Source: a virus (lineage: Duplodnaviria > Caudoviricetes). From it: a stretch of 64,000 nt of DNA. The position numbers were made by a program, and so were the translations under genes. This document shows positions 21,552 through 31,063 of this stretch, in pieces; the first letter of the stretch is position 1, and each line of letters begins with the position of its first letter. The notes under the pieces were generated by a model that saw only the letters and a list, made by a program, of their open reading frames with translations, did no database searches and was not told the origin of the DNA. The stretch is from the IMG/VR virus record IMGVR_UViG_3300008259_002957, one strand, 5' to 3'.

Positions 21552-22281
21552 TTTTTCTCATCTTTTTGTTAACGGTTGCAGTCATAGTGCTGGCAGCGAA
21601 ATCGAGGGTAGCGGTATAGGTGAAGGCAACTATAACAGAGAAAACTGTTTTGGTGCTCAGTTGGCTTATAAACTTGGTGTTGATTATACTAATATTGCTT
21701 TACCCGGCGGCAGTAATGATTACATTAATAGATCTTCGACTCATTGGATTTTAGATAATTTAGAGTTGGCAAAGCAGTCACTATTTTTAATACACTGGAC
21801 TGGTAGTTCGAGATCTGAAATCTTTTTTAATAGTGCAAACACTGAACACTATTGGCATTTTGTTCCTTATGTACCTGATCGAAATGTAGGACATGTTCAT
21901 GCAGATCATTATGCTCCGACATTCCCGCAAGAACAAAAGCACGTACTTGATGCACTCTCTCGTTATATGTTTGTCAACGAAGAACACTGGGAAATAAACA
22001 GATACCTAAACATAATTAACTTGCAAACAATTTTGGAAGCACATCAAATACCTTACATTTTTAGAAATGGATTTCAAAGTTGTGCTGTTGGTAATAGATA
22101 CGCTTATTATCAAACAAAAGTTAATGCAAATAACTTTTATAAATTTGACGACGTTTCAGAATCATTTTTCGAACATTGCATCGCAGCAGGTTTTAGTGTT
22201 GAAGGACAACGGTATTGGCACCACAGAAAAGATGCTCATACTTATTGGGCTAGCCGTTTGTACGATCAGAATTTTCTATAA
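21514..22281 (+). CDS. SGNH/GDSL-fold hydrolase or acyltransferase-like protein
   Basis: LFVNGCSHSAG nucleophile block; NIALPGGSND; C-terminal His. The start is uncertain: GTG 21514 is the best candidate and there is no in-frame ATG before the motif. Confidence 0.6.
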   Translation: MVPISSFLKKKYNFSHLFVNGCSHSAGSEIEGSGIGEGNYNRENCFGAQLAYKLGVDYTNIALPGGSNDYINRSSTHWILDNLELAKQSLFLIHWTGSSRSEIFFNSANTEHYWHFVPYVPDRNVGHVHADHYAPTFPQEQKHVLDALSRYMFVNEEHWEINRYLNIINLQTILEAHQIPYIFRNGFQSCAVGNRYAYYQTKVNANNFYKFDDVSESFFEHCIAAGFSVEGQRYWHHRKDAHTYWASRLYDQNFL

Positions 22282-23599
22282 GTTGTGAATTTAATTCATT
22301 GTAAAATTTGTTTAAATTGTATAGATTTTCGTTATTATGTTTTAGTATAGGAATCATATCGGTATACATTTTTTGTAATTCTTCTATAGTAAATGTATCG
22401 ATATATTCAATAATTTCGCATATTCTTGCTAGCCTATCTTTGTTTGATTTAATATTATCGTAGTCTTCTGGCCAGTATGCATCAAAGGTTTTAAAACCCA
22501 TATCTTTTAACATTTGTAATGTTCCTGGTGCAGCACACATTAAAAATGGTCTATAATTTTTAATTGCATTGAGAGTTTTTTCACTAATATTTGGCCACGG
22601 TTGTGTAACTCGAGATTCCTGTACAATAGCACAAAAACTTTCATAATACGAGTCCACAGGGTCTTGACTTTTTCTAATGTTAAATCCTGGAGCATCATAT
22701 TCAGGATCGGTTCCGTTTTCGCCTATTGTTTTTGGATTTGCAATCTCTATAGATAATGGAACTATCTCTTGCAACAGTGTATTCCCGTTTAACAATGTTT
22801 TTGATAGTGTAGGATATTTTAAAGAAAATTCTTTCCAACTAAACCAAAAACGTGAAATCATGTCCTCGTTGCTTAATTTAAAATAAAAACTAACATTGTT
22901 GTTGTTTATTAAATTTTTTCCTGCTAAAAATGCAGTTATAAAATGTCTGCTTGGATCATACCTCCAAGCACCGCTCCAAAACTTTTTAGTTATTAAATTT
23001 GGTTTAATGTTTACATGTTTATATAAACAGAACATTCTAGTTCTGTTTTCTATTAAACCTAGACGTTGAGAATACCATACAACAAACAAGTCCATTGAAA
23101 GTAATGTTAGCGAAGGATATATTTTTTGATAATATTCCCAGCATTTATAATCTGTGCAATATACTTTTAAATTTTTAATATTATTTTTTCTTGCCCAATG
23201 TTCTATACTATCTAATTCTAAGCAACGAATTTTTTCTATTTCGTGATCTTCGTTGTCAATTTTTAAAATATGAGGTTCGTATAGTGGATTACGTTTGGGA
23301 TTATATATGTAATGAGTCAGCGGTTCAAAGAAATAAAAACTAACTTCTTCGTTGCTGATAATTTTTCTAAAATGGTCTTTTTCTAGTAATTTTTCTAACT
23401 GCGTTATATAGTGTGTACCGTTGTATATTATAAATGGATTTTTTTCAGTTTTTAAAAAAGATTCATTAAGTAAATGTCTTAATCCTTCACAATTTTTAAT
23501 TTCTAAAAAATTGTGTTTTGTGCCATTAGAATCTATAACAATTGGTAATATCTTTCCTCGTGCAGAAAAAACCAAAGATGAAAACCAATTTGTTAACAA
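22250..23599 (-). CDS. Glycosyltransferase-like protein (GT-B, GT10-like C-terminal motif), copy 1 of 5
   Basis: ESFCAIVQES...ISEKT...RPFL...GFKTF...DYD. The TTG start is supported by GGAG 7 nt upstream (23610-23607). Confidence 0.55.
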   Translation of the reverse strand: MLTNWFSSLVFSARGKILPIVIDSNGTKHNFLEIKNCEGLRHLLNESFLKTEKNPFIIYNGTHYITQLEKLLEKDHFRKIISNEEVSFYFFEPLTHYIYNPKRNPLYEPHILKIDNEDHEIEKIRCLELDSIEHWARKNNIKNLKVYCTDYKCWEYYQKIYPSLTLLSMDLFVVWYSQRLGLIENRTRMFCLYKHVNIKPNLITKKFWSGAWRYDPSRHFITAFLAGKNLINNNNVSFYFKLSNEDMISRFWFSWKEFSLKYPTLSKTLLNGNTLLQEIVPLSIEIANPKTIGENGTDPEYDAPGFNIRKSQDPVDSYYESFCAIVQESRVTQPWPNISEKTLNAIKNYRPFLMCAAPGTLQMLKDMGFKTFDAYWPEDYDNIKSNKDRLARICEIIEYIDTFTIEELQKMYTDMIPILKHNNENLYNLNKFYNELNSQLIENSDRTNG

Positions 23600-23616
23600 A
23601 ATTAAACTCCTTACAT

Positions 23617-23636
23617 TAAATAATTTAAATTATTTA
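23617..23636. promoter_or_regulatory. Face-to-face TAAATA pair at a divergent junction
   Basis: TAAATA on + at 23617-23622; TATTTA (TAAATA on -) at 23631-23636. Confidence 0.5.
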
Positions 23637-23648
23637 TGTAGGTATAAT

Positions 23649-24440
23649 ATGATAGAATTTTATAATGACAAACCTCTTTTATTTCGAAGTGAATTAGTTA
23701 ATAAAACACTAAATTGGTATTCTACAGATTCAAAAGACCTGTTTAAACAACAATCTAAAGATTTTAAAAAAAATCATGAACACGAAATTGTTTATAAATT
23801 TAACAGTCTGGGGCATAGAACAAAAGAAATCAGCGACCTAAATCGAGACTTTTTATTAACATTTGGGTGTAGTTATACCGAAGGTGTCGGACTAAACACT
23901 GATAAAATCTGGAATGATCGAGTTTCTAAAGATCTCAAATTAGATTTATACAATTGTGCTTTAGAAGCAAGCGGTATGGATGTGCAATATTATAATGCAA
24001 CATTATGGAAAAACAGTAAACTTCCTATTCCAAAATTGGTTATTGTACAATGGCCTCAAAAAGCTAGAAAACAATTTGGCCTTCACAGACATGACCATAT
24101 TGAATTGCGAGACATGACGTCGCCATCGACCAAAGATGGAGTATGGTGGGGGCGTAGATATCTGCTTGATGTAGGTGAAATGTACTTAAACAACTTTATG
24201 TGGTTTGAAAATTTTAATAATATATGGCAATCCATGAACGTTCCAGTACTAAACTTTACCTGGGACGACGATGATTTAGAAGTTATATTAAAGAGAAGTA
24301 AATATAAAATATGGGCTATCGTACCAGATACGCTTGACAAGGCCAGAGACAACGGACACGACGGTCCGGAATTTCATAGAGGTACAGCAGAACAGTTATT
24401 AGAAATAATGAAATTACCCAACTTCACGTACAAGATCTAA
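23649..24440 (+). CDS. SGNH/GDSL-fold protein
   Basis: LLTFGCSYTEGVG; C-terminal RDNGHDGPEFH. ATG 23649 (AGGT upstream) is preferred over the longer ORF that overlaps the opposite-strand gene. Confidence 0.6.
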   Translation: MIEFYNDKPLLFRSELVNKTLNWYSTDSKDLFKQQSKDFKKNHEHEIVYKFNSLGHRTKEISDLNRDFLLTFGCSYTEGVGLNTDKIWNDRVSKDLKLDLYNCALEASGMDVQYYNATLWKNSKLPIPKLVIVQWPQKARKQFGLHRHDHIELRDMTSPSTKDGVWWGRRYLLDVGEMYLNNFMWFENFNNIWQSMNVPVLNFTWDDDDLEVILKRSKYKIWAIVPDTLDKARDNGHDGPEFHRGTAEQLLEIMKLPNFTYKI

Positions 24441-25394
24441 CGTGCAACAATGGAAACAACCTCCGAGCGTTCTAGCATGACGTAACGGTAGCATAGCACA
24501 TTCTATACCGTGTGCTTCTAATGCTTTGCGTGTGGGTTCTTGATGTTTTTCTAATACTACTAGATTGGGATTTACACTAAACAGATTAACATTCCAAGTC
24601 CAAATACTGCTATTGCACAATCCTGGATAATGACCTACATCAACAGGTTCTGGTGCCCATACGATGTCCCATTTATTAAACGGCGCAGGTAACATATCAC
24701 GATTTTTAATTCTACTGGGATTTGCAAGTAAAAGTCCTTCTCTTAAAAATGCAACAGTGCTATCAATATGCATATAAGAATAAACTTTTTCTAATGTATG
24801 AACTTTAACATCGTTTCCTACAAATTCTTGTAAGTATTTTGCACCTGCTTTATTTCCACTATTACTTACTAAGTAAAGCAACTGGTCGTTTGCACGTATG
24901 ACATTTGCAGCATCAAACTTAGGAGCAATTTCAGTTAATGCAAGTTGATCAGGATCGCCGATGCAATCTTCGTTATACATGTCGTCTTTTTGATAATTTT
25001 CTGCTATTGTAAAATTGTTACCAAGATGTTCAACAATATGTAAAAATTCTTGTTCTCTAGCACGTAAACTCATTGGAGTTGCTAGTGCAGTGTTTTTATA
25101 AACAAACACACTGTCTCTAGGACAATAATTGTAGTATCCTGTTGGAACTCTGTTTGGGCGTTTAACTTCTACCCCTTCGCCTTTTAAAAAATTGACAAAC
25201 GTGTCTAAATCTTCGTTGCTTTCTTCTACAACTTGTTTTGGATAAGGCCTGGATTTTACAGTATCAACAGATTTTTTATCTGCATAATTTACTACCCGTA
25301 AGCTTTTATCCATTGTAGGAATTTGTGCATATTCGGGAACTCCGACAATTACTTTTTTGAGTGGATCCCACTCGTTGGTGCTATAAATACTCAT
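24414..25394 (-). CDS. Amidinotransferase (glycine / scyllo-inosamine-phosphate amidinotransferase family), copy 1
   Basis: NEWDPLKKVIVG; YCPRD; FDAAN; HIDST; GGCFHCCT (catalytic His and Cys present). Confidence 0.9.
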   Translation of the reverse strand: MSIYSTNEWDPLKKVIVGVPEYAQIPTMDKSLRVVNYADKKSVDTVKSRPYPKQVVEESNEDLDTFVNFLKGEGVEVKRPNRVPTGYYNYCPRDSVFVYKNTALATPMSLRAREQEFLHIVEHLGNNFTIAENYQKDDMYNEDCIGDPDQLALTEIAPKFDAANVIRANDQLLYLVSNSGNKAGAKYLQEFVGNDVKVHTLEKVYSYMHIDSTVAFLREGLLLANPSRIKNRDMLPAPFNKWDIVWAPEPVDVGHYPGLCNSSIWTWNVNLFSVNPNLVVLEKHQEPTRKALEAHGIECAMLPLRHARTLGGCFHCCTLDLVREVG

Positions 25395-25404
25395 ACAATA
25401 TTTA
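25382..25404. promoter_or_regulatory. Late promoter pair: TATAAATA (+) and TAAATA (-) 4 nt before ATG 25394
   Basis: + octamer at 25382-25389 upstream of AAGGAG/ATG 25415; the - strand reads TAAATA-TTGT-ATG. Confidence 0.65.
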
Positions 25405-25414
25405 AGGAGTTTTT

Positions 25415-26194
25415 ATGTCTCGTCTTTTCACATTTGGTTGTAGTTTCACACAATATGGTTGGCCAACATGGGCAGATATAATTGCATACGACAAAGATGT
25501 AGAATACTACAATTATGCGATTGCAGGGTTAGGAAATGTTGGTATTGCTCACAGAATTTTAGAGGCAGATCTAAAACACAAATTTCAAGACGGTGACGAA
25601 ATTTTTATTTTATGGTCAAGTTGGAGTAGAGAAGATAGAGTTAAAGATGCGGCATGGATTGGCCGTGGATCGGTATTAACTTATAACAGTCATCATTATG
25701 ATAAATCGTTTCTTAAAAAATATTGGGATTTTGATAACGATGTTGTTAAAAACTCTACTGCTATAATAACAACAAATCGTTTATTTAAAAATTTTATCAC
25801 ATGGCAAGCAAGTGCATTTGAATTTTTTACTACCGAAGGACTCAATTTAACTAAACACAGGAATGGCAATATTATTAATCTTTATAAAAACGAATTACCC
25901 AACTTAACAGTTATTCCTTGTGAAACTAAAAAAAATTCGTTTAAAATAGTACGAGATTCGCATCCTGATGTTTTAGGACATCTAAATTTAGCAACTCGAA
26001 TATACAAAGACTTAGATTTAACAATTAAAGATAAAACAAAAAATACATTTATACGTCTACAGCACGACATAGAAAATTCAATAAAAGAAACTGATAATTT
26101 TCAACAAGTACTTGACAAAATTACTGTCTTAATGAAATTAAATTACAAAAAACTTTTTTCTATAAGAAATTATCCTTCATTGAACGAAGATTGA
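25415..26194 (+). CDS. SGNH/GDSL-fold protein
   Basis: RLFTFGCSFT; NYAIAGLGN; C-terminal RDSHPDVLGH. Confidence 0.6.
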   Translation: MSRLFTFGCSFTQYGWPTWADIIAYDKDVEYYNYAIAGLGNVGIAHRILEADLKHKFQDGDEIFILWSSWSREDRVKDAAWIGRGSVLTYNSHHYDKSFLKKYWDFDNDVVKNSTAIITTNRLFKNFITWQASAFEFFTTEGLNLTKHRNGNIINLYKNELPNLTVIPCETKKNSFKIVRDSHPDVLGHLNLATRIYKDLDLTIKDKTKNTFIRLQHDIENSIKETDNFQQVLDKITVLMKLNYKKLFSIRNYPSLNED

Positions 26195-26764
26195 CATATT
26201 TCTTAAATCAGGATAATCTTGCCAACTCCATGTTTTTGGAATTGTGTTTATTGCTGTATCTAATTTATCTAAGCCTAATTGAGCAGTTTCTGGAGTCATA
26301 TAATAATGATACCCAAAACTGTCGATGTCTTGTTCCGCCCAAGGTAGATCACGAGATCTACCATCATAACTTAGTTTTATTAAATCATGATATGCAGATT
26401 CGTTGTCAGTTAAAATCATTCCACCTCTCCCAAGACTTAAATGTTTTTTAAACTGAAAACTCAAACACATAAACGTATTAGGTATATAACTATTTTGTTT
26501 CCATAATACAGCAGCATCATAAATATTGTCTGATAGTTTATAATAATGTTCCCAAGGATTGTCTTGCCATTGCCACCTAATGTTTAATTTTTTTGCAGTC
26601 ATGGGCACTGATAAATAAGTACGATTTGGAATTGATATATTTTGAATTTTGTTATAAATTAAACACATCTCAATTGCGTGAGTACAGCAATCTGTTGAAA
26701 CAGCAAATTTTGAACCAAAGAATTTTGCAATTTTATTTTCAAATTTATTAATTATATCGAACAT
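26177..26764 (-). CDS. Compact DegT/DnrJ/EryC1/StrS-family PLP aminotransferase
   Basis: FAVSTDCCTHAI; YDAA; LSFQFKKHLSLGRGGMILTD; GYHYYM. Only 195 aa. Confidence 0.8.
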   Translation of the reverse strand: MFDIINKFENKIAKFFGSKFAVSTDCCTHAIEMCLIYNKIQNISIPNRTYLSVPMTAKKLNIRWQWQDNPWEHYYKLSDNIYDAAVLWKQNSYIPNTFMCLSFQFKKHLSLGRGGMILTDNESAYHDLIKLSYDGRSRDLPWAEQDIDSFGYHYYMTPETAQLGLDKLDTAINTIPKTWSWQDYPDLRNMSIFVQ

Positions 26765-26768
26765 AATA

Positions 26769-26776
26769 TATTTATA
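26769..26776 (-). promoter_or_regulatory. Late promoter TATAAATA 4 nt before ATG 26764
   Basis: The - strand reads TATAAATA-TATT-ATG. Confidence 0.7.
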
Positions 26777-26787
26777 GAAAGGTTTAT

Positions 26788-27831
26788 ATGTCTAAAACAT
26801 TTTATCATTTTGTCTGGGGCGAGTTTGGATTAGAAAACATAGTAAATGAACTTGAAAAAGATAACTCATATACAGACATTGTAATTTTTGGTCCTGAAGA
26901 ACACGAAATAGGATTTGCATTTCACGACACAGAATTTGTAATGTTTAAAAGATTTCTAGATTATCATAATGTTAACTTAAAAATGATTTTAGGTGCACCG
27001 ACTAACAGTATTTTAAATTACAGATACCAATTTAAAGATTTTAAAAATTTAAATCCATGGCATACGTTTTTTGCAAATTTTGTAATTCAACATATTTTAT
27101 ATCTTAAAGCATCCCCTTATGGACATAATAATGTAATTAATAAACATTTTACTTCAATGAATGGAAGAGCTCATCCGTGGAGATGCATGTTTATTGATTA
27201 TATGTACAAGTACAATTTGTTTGATAAAGGTTATATAAGTTGGCATAATTCTGAGAATTGGCAATACCCATACGATTTTAAATGGTGGGCACCTAAAAAA
27301 TTAAATTTTGATAAAAACTGGGTCAACCCATCTAATGGTTTTTATGACATGTATACAGTACCGATTGAATTTAAAGATAGTCTGTTTAGTATTATCTCAG
27401 AATCAAACTTACAAACTATTTTTGTAACAGAAAAAACTTATCTACCAATATATCATAAACGGCCGTTTATTATATTTGGCGCTCCTTATATACATCAATA
27501 TTTAAAATCTTTAGGATTTATGTTGTTCGATGAAATTATAGACTATTCCTTTGACTCAGTAGACGACGACGAAAAAAGATGTGATATGCTTATGAAAGAA
27601 GTTGCAAAACTTTGTAATACTAATATAGAAAAACTTAGAAAAAAATCAATTACAAAGGTTGAACATAACTTTAATAATTTACTAAAAATTGTAGAAAATA
27701 AAAAGTTAATACCAAAGGAAGTAAGACGTACAATTGAAAATGGCACTCACGAAAGATTTGATCTTTATAGAAATGTGTTAAATATCAGTAATACAAAAGA
27801 TTTTTTAAATTTAATCAATAAGGACACATAA
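26788..27831 (+). CDS. GT10-like glycosyltransferase-like protein, copy 2
   Basis: SLFSIISES...FVTEKT...KRPFIIFG...GF.LFDEIIDYSFD. Confidence 0.55.
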   Translation: MSKTFYHFVWGEFGLENIVNELEKDNSYTDIVIFGPEEHEIGFAFHDTEFVMFKRFLDYHNVNLKMILGAPTNSILNYRYQFKDFKNLNPWHTFFANFVIQHILYLKASPYGHNNVINKHFTSMNGRAHPWRCMFIDYMYKYNLFDKGYISWHNSENWQYPYDFKWWAPKKLNFDKNWVNPSNGFYDMYTVPIEFKDSLFSIISESNLQTIFVTEKTYLPIYHKRPFIIFGAPYIHQYLKSLGFMLFDEIIDYSFDSVDDDEKRCDMLMKEVAKLCNTNIEKLRKKSITKVEHNFNNLLKIVENKKLIPKEVRRTIENGTHERFDLYRNVLNISNTKDFLNLINKDT

Positions 27832-27835
27832 CAAT

Positions 27836-27880
27836 ATGAAAATATTTTTAACAGGTGCAAGCGGATTTATTGGTCAATAA
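27836..27880 (+). pseudogene. 14-codon duplicate of the epimerase 5' end (MKIFLTGASGFIGQ*)
   Basis: 38/42 nt identical to 29025-29066; preceded by AAGGA; its stop is 2 nt before ATG 27883. Confidence 0.85.
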
Positions 27881-27882
27881 TA

Positions 27883-28959
27883 ATGACAAAAAAATATCTA
27901 GTAGGATCTGACTATTATTATTTTGCTTGGGGACCCGAAGAAAAAGAAGATTTGATGTGTGCGGTTAATTCGATACCAGAAATAAAGAGAATTGTTTTTT
28001 TTGGTCCTGAAGAACATGAATTTGCTAATTTTTTTACTAATCTAGGTCAATACAAAGACCTTGCAACAGAATTAAAAAGATTAAACAAAGAACATATTAT
28101 TCTAACATCAGCTGTAGAAGATTCTAGATTAAATTCATTATGGCCATACAAAAATCAAAAAAATTTTGTTTTTTGGGATTCTTATTTTGCGTATCAAGTG
28201 CTACAGTACTACATGGAAAGAAACATAAAACCTTTTGAACACAACGAAAAAATCGATAAACATTTTATTTCATTGAACGCTAGAGCACACAATTGGAGAT
28301 GTATGTTTGTTGATACTATGTACAAGGAAGGACTATTTAATCACGGTTATGTAAGTTGGCACAACGCTGACAATTGGGACTACTCGTATAAGTTCAAATA
28401 CTGGAAACCTAAGATTATCAATTTTGATGAAAATTGGATTAATAGTACAGACGGAATTCTGGATATAATGCTACCTCCGGAGAAACAATTTAAATCAAGT
28501 TTGTTTAGTGTTATTTCTGAATCAAGCGATCAAATTCTAAAAACAACAGAAAAGATTTATATTCCAATTTATCACAAAAGACCATTTATAGTTTATGCTG
28601 CTCAATATTTTTATAAATTTTTACAAACACAGGGATTTGTACTGTTTGATGAAATATTTGATTATTCTTTTGATAATATTCCAAATGATGAGTATAATGA
28701 CGGGAAAGAACGATGCGAAGCAATGATGTATGAAACTAAAAAAATATTAAATTATGATCCTAACGATTTATATAAAATACTAAAACCAAAGATTGATCAC
28801 AACTACAAAGCATTATACAAATTAGTTAAACGCCAATCAGTTAGCGACTCAGTAAAATTACTAATTGAAAATGCTAATCTAGTGAAAAAGGATTTTAATT
28901 ATTTTACAACGTTTAATTTAAAAGACAATGATAAATTTAAAGAATTTTCAAAGAGATAA
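27883..28959 (+). CDS. GT10-like glycosyltransferase-like protein, copy 3 (close paralog of 26788..27831)
   Basis: Shares FGPEEHE, KHF.S.N.RAH.WRCMF.D.MYK and GY.SWHN with the preceding gene; TTEKI..PIYHKRPF. Confidence 0.55.
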   Translation: MTKKYLVGSDYYYFAWGPEEKEDLMCAVNSIPEIKRIVFFGPEEHEFANFFTNLGQYKDLATELKRLNKEHIILTSAVEDSRLNSLWPYKNQKNFVFWDSYFAYQVLQYYMERNIKPFEHNEKIDKHFISLNARAHNWRCMFVDTMYKEGLFNHGYVSWHNADNWDYSYKFKYWKPKIINFDENWINSTDGILDIMLPPEKQFKSSLFSVISESSDQILKTTEKIYIPIYHKRPFIVYAAQYFYKFLQTQGFVLFDEIFDYSFDNIPNDEYNDGKERCEAMMYETKKILNYDPNDLYKILKPKIDHNYKALYKLVKRQSVSDSVKLLIENANLVKKDFNYFTTFNLKDNDKFKEFSKR

Positions 28960-28987
28960 AATTGAATTCAAATGTATAATAATTCAC

Positions 28988-28993
28988 TAAATA
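28988..28993 (+). promoter_or_regulatory. Late promoter-like TAAATA upstream of the epimerase
   Basis: Intergenic, followed by AGGA and ATG 29025. Confidence 0.45.
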
Positions 28994-29024
28994 TCAATAA
29001 TAACACTTAATATAGGAAAAATAG

Positions 29025-29936
29025 ATGAAAATATTACTTACAGGTGCAAGCGGATTTATTGGTCAGCATCTTTTACCACGTTTAGAAAAATTAGGCGTAG
29101 TTCATGCTTTAACAAGTGATTTAACGGATCACAACTCAGTAAAAGAAGAAATAAAATCTGTAGCACCGGACATTGTTGTTCACCTTGCAGCAAGAACTGA
29201 AGTACAAAAAAGTTTTTATGAGCAAGTCAGTTTTAGCGAAGTAAACTACGTAGGAACTGTAAACTTAATTGAATCTTGCAGACAACTAGATCCGATGCCC
29301 TATTTTGTATTTGCTAGTACAATGGAAGTATATGGATGGCAACCTATATCAGATGAAGTAGAACGCACAGGAACATATGTTAAAAGTGTAGCATTTGACG
29401 AAAATACAATTCCGCATCCAAACGCTCCTTATGCAGTTGCAAAACTTGGATGTGAAAAGTATTTAGAATACGCAGAACGTGCCTATGGGTTACGTTGGAC
29501 TGCTATGCGTCAAACTAACTGCTATGGCAGAAAAGACAACGACTTCTTTGTCACTGAGCAAATTATCAGTCAAATGATCAAAGGTGACGTTTGTAATTTA
29601 GGTTATGCAGAGCCTTATAGAAACTTTATTTACATTGACGACTTGTTAAATGCTTGGATGACTCTAATTGAAAGTCCGGAATATTGCTCAGGACATTTGT
29701 TTACAATTGGCCCAGACGAACCACGCAAGATTAAAGATTGTGCCAATTATATTGCTGAAAAACTAAAATGGTCGGGACAAATTAATTGGAATACCAAAGA
29801 TCCTAGACATGGAGAAATTTGGTGGCTCAACAGTAATCATAACAAGTTAACTCAACTTACCAGTTGGGTACCAAAAGTTTCCTATGAAGAAGGTATTGAT
29901 AGAACAATACATCATTGGAAAAATATTTTAAAATAA
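29025..29936 (+). CDS. NAD-dependent NDP-sugar epimerase/dehydratase (extended SDR)
   Basis: TGASGFIG; VVHLAA; FASTMEVYG; YAVAK (YxxxK); RNFIYIDD. Confidence 0.9.
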   Translation: MKILLTGASGFIGQHLLPRLEKLGVVHALTSDLTDHNSVKEEIKSVAPDIVVHLAARTEVQKSFYEQVSFSEVNYVGTVNLIESCRQLDPMPYFVFASTMEVYGWQPISDEVERTGTYVKSVAFDENTIPHPNAPYAVAKLGCEKYLEYAERAYGLRWTAMRQTNCYGRKDNDFFVTEQIISQMIKGDVCNLGYAEPYRNFIYIDDLLNAWMTLIESPEYCSGHLFTIGPDEPRKIKDCANYIAEKLKWSGQINWNTKDPRHGEIWWLNSNHNKLTQLTSWVPKVSYEEGIDRTIHHWKNILK

Positions 29937-31063
29937 TGTATTTTACAAATATTCCACTTTATGAAAATCCAGAAATTTTTGGACTAACTCATAATAACTT
30001 GAATATTTGGAAAAATCAAAATATTGGAAAATATTTTTATAGAGTTAAATATAAAAATTTAAAATCAATTGATTATATTCCTGAAAAAATAATCAATTTA
30101 GCAAAAAAAAATAAAAATTTTTATATATTCTTAGACGACACGTTAGAAGGATATGCATATTTAAATTTTAATAAAGTATATGAATTTGTTTTTTCTAATA
30201 AGTTAGAAAAAAAAGTTATCTACGTTAGCGGCCATTTGGAATCAGAAAACGAATATAAAGCGTGGTTAAAAAATAAAAACAAAAATTCTGTTTTCTATGT
30301 TTGTTCAAATAACAACTGGTTTTGGAGCACACGTAGTTGGACTATAGATTCTAAGATCAAAATAGATATTGATAAAATACAATGGTATAATTGTCTAAAC
30401 AATCGTCCTAGAGAACATAGACTAGCAACAGTAACATACTTAGATTATCTAAATTTATTAGACAATGGATATGTATCGGCTAACGATAGATCTTACGAAG
30501 TGTTGGATAACTTTGAATTTAAAGATATACTTTTTACTCCAATTAGCAAATATAAAAAAGAATATGCTGAAATTTTAATTAATCATGCTGATAAAGTTCG
30601 ACCAAAACTTCCGTTAATTGTTGACGCTACTGATTTGGCAAACAAATGTCTTTTTCATGATCTATCTCCTAAAATTTATAATAATGCATTGATAAATCTT
30701 GTTACTGAAACATTTTATTTTACTAGTTACAATATAAAGTCTGAAATGTTTATAACAGAAAAAACCTGGAAAGTCTTTACAGCAAAACAAATACCTGTTA
30801 TAATAGGACCAAGAGGTATCCTTGAAAGACTTAGAAAATACGGGTTTGATGTGTTTGACGACTTGATCGATAATTCGTACGATAACGAATCAGATTCAAC
30901 AAGATTATTTTCGGCAATAAATTCTATGAATAAAATTATAAGCAAATACACAATTGATGAATTTTCTGAAATAACAAAAAGAAGAAGACTTAAAAATTAT
31001 AAAATTATAATGAAAGGTTTGCCACTTGATCTCCCTATATGGAAAGTTTTAGATGAAAGTTGA
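29936..31063 (+). CDS. GT10-like glycosyltransferase-like protein, copy 4
   Basis: LINLVTET...FITEKTWK...PVIIG...GFDVFDDLIDNSYD; start coupled through TAATG at 29934-29938. Confidence 0.55.
   Translation: MYFTNIPLYENPEIFGLTHNNLNIWKNQNIGKYFYRVKYKNLKSIDYIPEKIINLAKKNKNFYIFLDDTLEGYAYLNFNKVYEFVFSNKLEKKVIYVSGHLESENEYKAWLKNKNKNSVFYVCSNNNWFWSTRSWTIDSKIKIDIDKIQWYNCLNNRPREHRLATVTYLDYLNLLDNGYVSANDRSYEVLDNFEFKDILFTPISKYKKEYAEILINHADKVRPKLPLIVDATDLANKCLFHDLSPKIYNNALINLVTETFYFTSYNIKSEMFITEKTWKVFTAKQIPVIIGPRGILERLRKYGFDVFDDLIDNSYDNESDSTRLFSAINSMNKIISKYTIDEFSEITKRRRLKNYKIIMKGLPLDLPIWKVLDES

Noticed and set aside
23421-23648. N-terminal extension of the SGNH gene given by the ORF track
   Set aside because: It overlaps the opposite-strand gene and the promoter pair; ATG 23649 has an SD-like AGGT and fits the junction pattern.
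28962-28980. TTGAATTCAA palindrome and TATAAT as a sigma70 promoter or operator
   Set aside because: TTGAAT and TATAAT are only 7 nt apart and no -35 lies at 16-18 nt; a short AT-rich palindrome is expected by chance.
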